From: Acidobacteriota bacterium
GTDB lineage: Bacteria > Acidobacteriota > UBA6911 > RPQK01 > JAJDTT01
Reading direction: 5' to 3'
NCBI GenBank assembly: GCA_965217775.1
Contig: CBDCJH010000002.1
Location: forward strand, 5,440,001-5,504,000
Length of the DNA stretch: 64,000 nucleotides
Of this stretch, positions 48,585 through 55,679 are shown one piece after another. A program made the translations under genes and the position numbers. How positions within the stretch are numbered: the stretch's first letter is position 1; each line of letters opens with the position of its first letter. Under the pieces are notes generated by a model that worked only from the letters and a program-made list of their open reading frames with translations, had not been told where the DNA came from and did no database searches.

Positions 48585-50255
48585 TCAATCCTGGTAATCG
48601 ATGAACAGCTCGACGCCTTGGATCCGGATGGGATCCTGGCGCGAAGACGGCCGGTTCCGGAGGTCCAGAGACAACAGGTTCTTTCCTTGCTTCGGGGTCA
48701 CGCCTTCGAAACGCAGGGCGTCCCCCTCGAACCTTCCCCGCAACCCGCGGCCGTTCAACCGCACCCTCAGATCGTCGTCCCAGCGATCGTATCCCTCCAC
48801 CGAGACCATCAGGGAGGTGGATTCCAGAAACCCGTCCTCGCGCGCCGCCGCCACGTCGTCTCCCACCAGGAACCGCAATTCCCGGGTGTCGCCGCGGACC
48901 ATCTCGGTGGGAAGCTGCATCTCTCCTCCCGCCTCCGGTGTCAGCCCACCCATCTCCCGAGTCACGTAGTAATGCTTGTCCCTGCGGGCGATCATGGACG
49001 GATCGCCGATCTCCTTCAGGGCCTGGAGCTCTTCCGGACTGAACAGTACCCCCGGCTTGCCCTTGCCGGTAGCGTGGCAGTCGTAGTTGAACAGATGGAG
49101 GCTCGTCGCGCCGGCCTGCCAGGCGGCCGCCGCTGCCGCCCGTAGCATCTCGAGGGAGGCCCGGCCGGTCTTGCTCCCCGTATAGTCGCGCACGTAGAGG
49201 TCGGACAGGCCGCCGGAAATCTCGACGCCAGTCCCCCGCGCCAGCTCCACAAAAGGCGTCAAATCCGCCGAAATGTCCAGATAGCCGCGGGTCGCCGGCG
49301 CGATCATGTCCACCCATCCCTCCCGGATCCATGACGTGACGTCCAGCCCGATCTTCTCGTTGAGTTCCAGGGAAGGGAGGACCCGGGCCAGCAGCGTCAG
49401 TTTGCGCCCCTTGGTCTCACCGATCTTGTCCAGCCGCACGCGGACTTGACGAACGAAGTCGTTCATCAGAGGCATTCCCCGGGCTTCCTCCCCCTTCTTG
49501 AAGTAGTAAGGGTGGCTCAGAAAATCCATTTCGAAGCCGTCCACGTCGTAGTTGGTGCACACTTCCTCGATGATGGCCAGCTTTCGGTCGCGCACTTCTT
49601 CCAAGGCATATTCCATGGCCCAGGAGTAGCCGTGGGAGGGCTGGGGAGAGCGGTTCGAGTGATGCAGATAGCGGTCGGGTACGGCGGATCCGAGCCGCAC
49701 CTGGGGATTGGCCCGTTCCCACTGGCTCCGGAAGGAGGGCCAGCGCTCCGACCAGTCCTTGTGAATGTCGTTCATCCTCAGGCTAGGCCAGAATTGCATC
49801 CCCGCCTCACGGCTCCGGCGGCTCCAGATCTCCAGGGGATCCTGGCCCGCCTCCAGCATGGCGTCGACATTCCGGGCCCAGCGTCGAATTCCGGGATATT
49901 TCTCGAAGTCCCGCTTGTGGTCCTCGCTGATGGGCTTGGCATAGACTTCGGTGACCTGGGTCGGGTAGAGCATCTGCTCGTCGCTCCACTGGATGCACTG
50001 GATGAAGACGTCCACCTGGGTCCCTTCGATCTCGTTCACCGCCCGGCAGAGCTGCCGCGGCGTGAGGGGTGGCTCGAAAGCCATCAGAGCGGCGTCGCCG
50101 CCGTCGCTGTTCAGGAGCAGTCTGAGCCCGCCCGGGCGCCGAGTCTCCACCGGCGCCGCGCCGCCGGTCTCGGCGGGGTTGGATTCCTGGATGGAGCATC
50201 CGGACAACAGAGGAGCAATCAGAAGCCCGGTCAAAAGGCGGAAGCACTTGTTCAT
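48585..50255 (-). CDS. GH-like (GHL10-type) TIM-barrel lipoprotein, paralog 2
   Basis: Lipobox LSGC and the same motifs as 46441..48114. Confidence 0.75.
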   Translation of the reverse strand: MNKCFRLLTGLLIAPLLSGCSIQESNPAETGGAAPVETRRPGGLRLLLNSDGGDAALMAFEPPLTPRQLCRAVNEIEGTQVDVFIQCIQWSDEQMLYPTQVTEVYAKPISEDHKRDFEKYPGIRRWARNVDAMLEAGQDPLEIWSRRSREAGMQFWPSLRMNDIHKDWSERWPSFRSQWERANPQVRLGSAVPDRYLHHSNRSPQPSHGYSWAMEYALEEVRDRKLAIIEEVCTNYDVDGFEMDFLSHPYYFKKGEEARGMPLMNDFVRQVRVRLDKIGETKGRKLTLLARVLPSLELNEKIGLDVTSWIREGWVDMIAPATRGYLDISADLTPFVELARGTGVEISGGLSDLYVRDYTGSKTGRASLEMLRAAAAAAWQAGATSLHLFNYDCHATGKGKPGVLFSPEELQALKEIGDPSMIARRDKHYYVTREMGGLTPEAGGEMQLPTEMVRGDTRELRFLVGDDVAAAREDGFLESTSLMVSVEGYDRWDDDLRVRLNGRGLRGRFEGDALRFEGVTPKQGKNLLSLDLRNRPSSRQDPIRIQGVELFIDYQD

Positions 50256-50351
50256 AAGGGTTCTCCCGGGAGGTGCCTGCGGCGGTCAGTATAGGCACGC
50301 CATGCCTCCAAGTGTAGTCTTTGACGGAGATGTCCCAGATCCATCTGCTCG

Positions 50352-50450
50352 CTGGCCGGCAAGCCCGTCAAGTTGCGGTTCGTCATGCGGTACACGAAGC
50401 TCTACTCCTTCCAGTTCCTCTCTGCAGACAAGTCCGGACGATCAAGATGA
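50352..50450 (+). pseudogene. 3' remnant of a deleted gene
   Basis: LAGKPVKLRFVMRYTKLYSFQF...*, resembling a C-terminal motif of uncharacterised beta-propeller hydrolases. Its stop overlaps the next ATG (ATGA). Confidence 0.55.
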
Positions 50451-50947
50451 AACAAATTGTGGAACGAACCTTCATCCTCGCCGCGATTCTCATTTGTTCC
50501 TGTGTCGGCGGACCCTGGACCACGGTGTCTGAATCGGGTACGAAAACAGACCGGAAAGAGGATCGCGCCCAGTTGAGCCGCATGCGTTCCGCCTTCATCC
50601 GGGCCATGAACGAGGGCACAGTGGAGGAATGGATCCAATCCCACCTGGACAGGGGCGTGGCCGTCATGCCGCCGGGCCGTCCAACGATCTCTTCACGGGA
50701 AGAAGTGTCCGCCTGGGCCCGGAGGCTCCTGCAAGAAAACCGGATCCACGATTTCGCCTTCACCGGGTCAAAGACGGTCGCCGGAGACTGGGCCTTCGAA
50801 AACGGGGTCTACCTGCTGGAATCGAGTCCCGCCGCCGGAGGCGAGAAACAGCGGCAGCGGGGCAAGATGATCTTCATATGGAAGCGCGGAACCGATGGAT
50901 GGAAGGGGGCGCTCATCTCTTTCAATTTCGACGGCTACTGGCCCTGA
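50447..50947 (+). CDS. NTF2/SnoaL-like (DUF4440) protein with signal peptide
   Basis: MPPGRPTI, GDWAFE.G.Y, GKMIFIWKR..DGWK. Confidence 0.8.
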   Translation: MKQIVERTFILAAILICSCVGGPWTTVSESGTKTDRKEDRAQLSRMRSAFIRAMNEGTVEEWIQSHLDRGVAVMPPGRPTISSREEVSAWARRLLQENRIHDFAFTGSKTVAGDWAFENGVYLLESSPAAGGEKQRQRGKMIFIWKRGTDGWKGALISFNFDGYWP

Positions 50948-51229
50948 GTCTGCACCTGCCGACGCAGGGTTGGGCGGAACAACTGCAGGTAATCACTCCG
51001 TCTCGCCCGAATGATTCCGGAATTCTGATTTGACGCTAGGGTTTTCGGTATTCTACAGGATAGGGGGTCTGCACGAGCTCAACCCTGCAGGAAGTCCATA
51101 GGTGTGGCCCTGTCTTCGCCGACGGTCGTACTTGGCCACTGAAGCGTAGTCCGAGGCGGCCGGAATGATCGGATCTATCGACGCGAATCTCAGGAACATT
51201 GTTTCGGAACGAAATCTGGGGAAGGGAAG

Positions 51230-51514
51230 ATGATTCAGCCGACTGACGTAGAAGCACGCAAGGGATACCGGATCTGGCTTCGGTACGCAGACGGATCTGC
51301 CGGCGAGATTGACCTGTCCCACTTAGCGGGGCGGGGCGTCTTCACAGCGTGGGAAGAACCGGGATTTTTCGAAAAGGTCCACATCGCCCCCCACAGAGCC
51401 ATTGCCTGGGACGATCATCTGGAGCTTTGCCCGGATGCTCTATACCTGGAACTCACCGGCAAATCCTTCGACGAATTGCCAGTTGAAATCGACACGATAA
51501 TTCGCAGTGCCTGA
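51230..51514 (+). CDS. DUF2442 protein
   Basis: YRIWLRYADG..GEIDLS...F..V.I....IAW....LCPDALY. Confidence 0.85.
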   Translation: MIQPTDVEARKGYRIWLRYADGSAGEIDLSHLAGRGVFTAWEEPGFFEKVHIAPHRAIAWDDHLELCPDALYLELTGKSFDELPVEIDTIIRSA

Positions 51515-51767
51515 AATTTGCCGATTCCATGGGATCGTCATACGTATGTATGCTCTCGACCATGCCCCGCCACATTTCCACGTAGAGTATGGCGGCTATG
51601 AATCCTTGGTAGAAATCGAAAGCCTCGCCTTGACACGAGGTCGCCTTCCCTCTGGGGCTCGAAAGCTTGTCATCAAGTGGGCATCGCTTCATCAGATCGA
51701 ACTTCTGCAGGCATGGAATCGGGCGAGACGGCTTGAGTCGCCCGGTAGAATCGCTCCTCTGGAATGA
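51507..51767 (+). CDS. DUF4160 protein
   Basis: MPEICRFHGIVIRMY..DHAPPHFH...W...H..EL...W. Confidence 0.88.
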   Translation: MPEICRFHGIVIRMYALDHAPPHFHVEYGGYESLVEIESLALTRGRLPSGARKLVIKWASLHQIELLQAWNRARRLESPGRIAPLE

Positions 51768-51791
51768 AGCCGTAGTGAGACGAGTGGGATT

Positions 51792-52100
51792 ATGCCCGGA
51801 CGGGGGAGAGTCAAGACCCGCATCAAGCGACAAGCCAAAATCGGGGCCAACGTGGGATACGAAGGCGAGTTCTGGAAGATGGCCGATGCCCTGCGCGGCA
51901 GCATGGACGCGGCCGAATACAAGCATGTCGTTCTCGGCCTCATCTTCCTGAAATACATCTCCGACGCGTTCGAGGACAAGATGGAGCGGCTCGTGGCGCA
52001 CCTGCGCGAGCAGCAGGCTGAAGCCGCGCGGCTGGATGCGGCCATCGAGGCCACCCTGAAGGCGTTGGGCTTGCCGCTCGAGGAGAGCGCGATTGATTGA
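51792..52100 (+). pseudogene. hsdM: type I R-M hsdM with large in-frame internal deletion
   Basis: N-terminus ([33 protein letters not shown]) is joined directly to the C-terminal helix ([23 protein letters not shown]). No MTase motifs remain. Confidence 0.88.
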
Positions 52101-52509
52101 TTACGACAATTTCCGGATGTCGCTCAAACGCTTGGAAGAGCAGCACGAGAATTACCACACAGTCAACCCGTCCCTGCCTTATTTGATCCAGGAAGCCGTC
52201 GCTGAATCGGTCATTCGGCGTTTCAAGACCTGCTACGACTGTTTGTGGAAGGTACTGAAGCGATACCTGATTTATGAGCTGGGCATCGCGGATGCTCCCA
52301 ACAGTCCCAAACCCATCTTCAGATTGGCAAATGAGAACAATCTCTTCGCCGTATCGATTGAAGTCTGGCTGCGATATGCCGACGCTCGTCTCGATACCAC
52401 CCACGATTACGACGGAGAGAAAGCGAAAGCGGGCCTGGCCATCATGCCAGACTTCATCGACGATGCTATCGGACTTTACCAAGCCATGAGCGGGTCCGAA
52501 TCGGAGTGA
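52093..52509 (+). CDS. HI0074-family nucleotidyltransferase substrate-binding (HEPN) protein
   Basis: [35 protein letters not shown] (RX4H). Confidence 0.85.
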   Translation: MIDYDNFRMSLKRLEEQHENYHTVNPSLPYLIQEAVAESVIRRFKTCYDCLWKVLKRYLIYELGIADAPNSPKPIFRLANENNLFAVSIEVWLRYADARLDTTHDYDGEKAKAGLAIMPDFIDDAIGLYQAMSGSESE

Positions 52510-52541
52510 ATCAGGCTATCGACATCACCGCCGAAGAGCGC

Positions 52542-53312
52542 ATGATCGGAGAAGTGCAGTCATTGTTGAATCAGTATTGGACCTGGTTGCGGGAACAGAC
52601 CCGCCTTCGCGAAATCGACGAGTGGATTGAGATCACGACACCGTACTTGGACCGGCACAACGATTATCTTCAGATCTACGTCAAACGGTCCGACGGGGGA
52701 TTCGTGCTGACCGACGACGGCTATGTGCTTGAGGACCTCGATCAGTCGGGGTGCAAGATCGACAGCGACAAGCGGCAAGCTCTGCTCAAGATGACGCTCA
52801 ACGGATTCGGTATACAGATACAAGCGAATGGGAAGGCGCTTGAAGTCGGCGCATCAACGGACAATTTCTCGCTGCGAAAACATAACCTCGTGCAGGCGAT
52901 GCTTGCGGTCAACGATCTCTTCTACTTGGCTTCGCCTGTGATCGCCAGCTTGTTCCATGAAGACGTGGCCGCTTGGCTTGATGGCTCGAATATACGATAT
53001 ACGCCGAGCGTGAAGTTCTCCGGAAAAAGCGGTTACGATCATCGGTTCGATTTCGTCATACCGAAGTCGACGAATCAGCCTGAGCGCGTGCTCCGGGCAA
53101 TCAACAGACCGAGCCGCAACACGGCACAGAGGGCCGTGTTTTCTTGGATCGACACCAAAGAGGTTCGTTCACCGGACTCCCGGGCGTTTGCCATTCTGAA
53201 CGACTCGGAGCAGTCGATATCGGAGAACATACTGGAGTCGATGCGCCAGTACGATGTCAATCCGATCCTGTGGTCGAATCGAAAGGACGTACGTGAGGAA
53301 CTCGCCGCGTGA
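52542..53312 (+). CDS. DUF1828/DUF1829 domain protein
   Basis: [38 protein letters not shown]. Confidence 0.82.
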   Translation: MIGEVQSLLNQYWTWLREQTRLREIDEWIEITTPYLDRHNDYLQIYVKRSDGGFVLTDDGYVLEDLDQSGCKIDSDKRQALLKMTLNGFGIQIQANGKALEVGASTDNFSLRKHNLVQAMLAVNDLFYLASPVIASLFHEDVAAWLDGSNIRYTPSVKFSGKSGYDHRFDFVIPKSTNQPERVLRAINRPSRNTAQRAVFSWIDTKEVRSPDSRAFAILNDSEQSISENILESMRQYDVNPILWSNRKDVREELAA

Positions 53313-53783
53313 CGTCCCTTTCCGAATCCACGGTCGAGAGCGCGGCACTCCCTTGGCTCCAAGAAACTCGGCGGCAAACTTGGGGACCGGCGTGTCGGCG
53401 TGGTCTGGCACACTCAGGGCTCGGGCAAGAGCCTGACCATGGCCTTCTATGCCGGGGCCATCATCCGCGAGCCGGCCGCACGCGGAGAGGGACTCGGGCT
53501 GTCGAAAGACGAGCTGGCATTCTACGACGCCCTCGAGACCAACGACAGCGCGTTACAGGTTCTGAGTGACGAGACCCTGCGCACCATCGCCCGCGAGCTG
53601 TTCCGGACCGTCCGCAACAACGTCACCATCGACTGGACACTCCGAGAGAACGTTCGGGCGCATCTGCGCGTCCTGGTCAAGCGCACTTTGCACCGTAATG
53701 GCTACCCCCCCGACAAGCAGGAAAAAGCGACCCGGACCGTCCTGGAGCAGGCCGAGACCCTGTCCGCGGGCTGGGCAGCGTGA
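53309..53783 (+). pseudogene. hsdR: type I R-M hsdR reduced to three fragments
   Basis: N-terminus [12 protein letters not shown], Walker A region [21 protein letters not shown]-terminal DUF3387-like ELAFYDAL...[11 protein letters not shown]...GYPPDKQ. Confidence 0.88.
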
Positions 53784-53897
53784 GCCGTTGTCGACGGTAG
53801 CCTGTCTTCAAAGTGAACCAGGTTCGGAATCTGTGCTGCCCGTTGGTTGGCTTGAGACTTCTGTAATCGATGGGTAGTGTCGGAGCATCGTTTCCAA

Positions 53898-53939
53898 TTA
53901 CTCAATACGAAGAGTAAAATCACTCATTGTGCTGAGTAA
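53898..53939. promoter_or_regulatory. tandem palindromic operators
   Basis: TTACTC-N8-GAGTAA (53898-53917) and TCACTC-N8-GAGTAA (53920-53939). Confidence 0.6.
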
Positions 53940-55140
53940 TCCGGGATACACTCGTCCTCACGGCGCAGAATTGCAATCTCGTCTGCGCGAGCCGCGCCGT
54001 TTCCTCCAAATCGTCACCGGGGCCCGTCAGGTTGGCAAGACCACCCTGGTCACACAGGTCGCCGAACGGTGCGGTTTACTCCATCACTACGCCAGCGCCG
54101 ACGAGCCGACCTTGCGCGGACCGGATTGGATCGCCGGACAGTGGGACGTTGCGCGGCTCATGGCCGGTGGTGCCGGGCCCGAGGGTGCTCTTCTCGTCTT
54201 GGATGAAGTGCAAAAGGTCCCCAACTGGGCTGAAGCCGTCAAACGCCTGTGGGACGAAGACACGCGGAGCGGGCGTCGGCTCAAGGTGGTGCTGACCGGT
54301 TCGGCACCGCTCCTGATCGGCCAGGGCCTGACCGAAAGTCTCGCCGGGCGTCTCGAGATCCTGCACCTGCCGCACTGGGGATTTCCCGAAATGCAGACCG
54401 CCTTCGGATGGTCCCTGGAGGAATTCCTGTTCTACGGAGCCTACCCCGGCGCTGCTCCGCTGATCACGCAGCCGAATCGGTGGTCACGCTACATTCGTGA
54501 CTCCCTCATCGAAACCACGATCTCCCGAGATGTCTTGTTGCTCTCCCGGGTGGACAAACCGGCCCTGTTGCGCCGGTTGTTCGAATTGGGATGTGCGTAT
54601 TCCGGCCAGATCCTTTCCTACACGAAGATGTTGGGACAGCTCCAAGACGCAGGGAACACCACGACCCTGTCCCACTACCTTGATCTGCTGGCGGCTGCGG
54701 GCATGCTGACCGGTTTGCAGAAGTACGCTGGCGCTGCTGTGCGACGAAGAAGCTCCAGCCCGAAGTTGCAGATCCTCAACATGGCCCTGATGACTTCGGG
54801 GTGCGGCCTCACGCTGGAGCAGGCCCGAGCGGACACCGAGTTTTGGGGAAGGCTGGTCGAATCTGCCGTGGGGGCTCATCTGGCCAACGCGGCGGCTGCC
54901 GGCTTCTGCCAGGTCTTCTACTGGCGAGACCGCAACCGAGAGGTCGATTTCGTTGTGAGAGCGGGCCGGGCGCTGACGGCGATTGAAGTCAAGAGCAGCC
55001 GCAGTCGCCAGTCACTGCCGGGAATGGCAGCCTTCGCCAAAGCATTTCAGCCGACCCGACGCTTGTTGATCGGATGGGATGGCATTTCTGTGGACGAATT
55101 CCTGTCCAGGCCCGTGGAACATTGGGCGGTTCCGAAATGA
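53929..55140 (+). CDS. AAA_14 ATPase with DUF4143 / PD-(D/E)xK-like C-terminus
   Basis: GARQVGKTT, LDEVQK, LTGSA, ESLAGR, YWR....EVDFV....AIEVKS. Confidence 0.92.
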   Translation: MLSNPGYTRPHGAELQSRLREPRRFLQIVTGARQVGKTTLVTQVAERCGLLHHYASADEPTLRGPDWIAGQWDVARLMAGGAGPEGALLVLDEVQKVPNWAEAVKRLWDEDTRSGRRLKVVLTGSAPLLIGQGLTESLAGRLEILHLPHWGFPEMQTAFGWSLEEFLFYGAYPGAAPLITQPNRWSRYIRDSLIETTISRDVLLLSRVDKPALLRRLFELGCAYSGQILSYTKMLGQLQDAGNTTTLSHYLDLLAAAGMLTGLQKYAGAAVRRRSSSPKLQILNMALMTSGCGLTLEQARADTEFWGRLVESAVGAHLANAAAAGFCQVFYWRDRNREVDFVVRAGRALTAIEVKSSRSRQSLPGMAAFAKAFQPTRRLLIGWDGISVDEFLSRPVEHWAVPK

Positions 55141-55162
55141 CGTTAGTGTCCAATATGATCAT
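55127..55162 (-). pseudogene. first ~12 codons of a PIN/VapC (FitB-like) toxin
   Basis: ATG at 55162 reads MIILDTNVISEP. It overlaps the antitoxin 3' end and the ATPase stop. Confidence 0.75.
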
Positions 55163-55418
55163 CGCTGACTTCTCGGTCGAAGCGCGGTGGCTCTCTCATG
55201 GGCTCCCGCGGTGGGATGTCAAGTTCCACACCACCGAATGGTTTGAACAGTTGGTGGATCGCCGTCCCAAGATTCTTTGCTTGGCTCGATTCAGTGGTCA
55301 GCGCTGCGCGTAAGATGTTTCGCGCTTCTTCTTCCATCGAACAGCCGTGCTCGGCGGCCCGCACGCGCAGGCGTCACTTCAGTCCATCGTCGAGTTTGCG
55401 GATCGTGATGCTGGCCAT
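55143..55418 (-). pseudogene. FitA-like RHH antitoxin with TGA at codon 15
   Basis: MASITIRKLDDGLK*RLRVRAAEHGCSMEEEARNILRAAL. Confidence 0.85.
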
Positions 55419-55455
55419 AGGTTCGACTCCAAAAAAGGAACGATTCGGAAGGATG

Positions 55456-55478
55456 TCATGATGGCATTGCAATCATGA
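55456..55478. promoter_or_regulatory. palindromic operator upstream of the fitA-like gene
   Basis: TCATGATGGCA-T-TGCAATCATGA (one mismatch). Confidence 0.65.
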
Positions 55479-55561
55479 TACGACTATCGGCCGTCGCTCG
55501 CCGATCCGCGGTGTGGTTGATTCAAGGACTCTTGAACGCAGGCGGCGCATGTACGGCCACG

Positions 55562-55589
55562 GAGGGCACCCACACAGGGGTGCCCCTAC
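55562..55589. repeat. GTAG-class REP-like palindrome, copy 2
   Basis: Minus strand reads GTAGGGGCACCCCTGTGTGGGTGCCCTC. Confidence 0.75.
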
Positions 55590-55679
55590 GGTTGCTTTCG
55601 ATCGCTGGACGGTCGAAGGAGACCACACAGGCCGGCAGATGAACGGGCGGACCCGGATCGACGATTCCTCGACTCCAGC

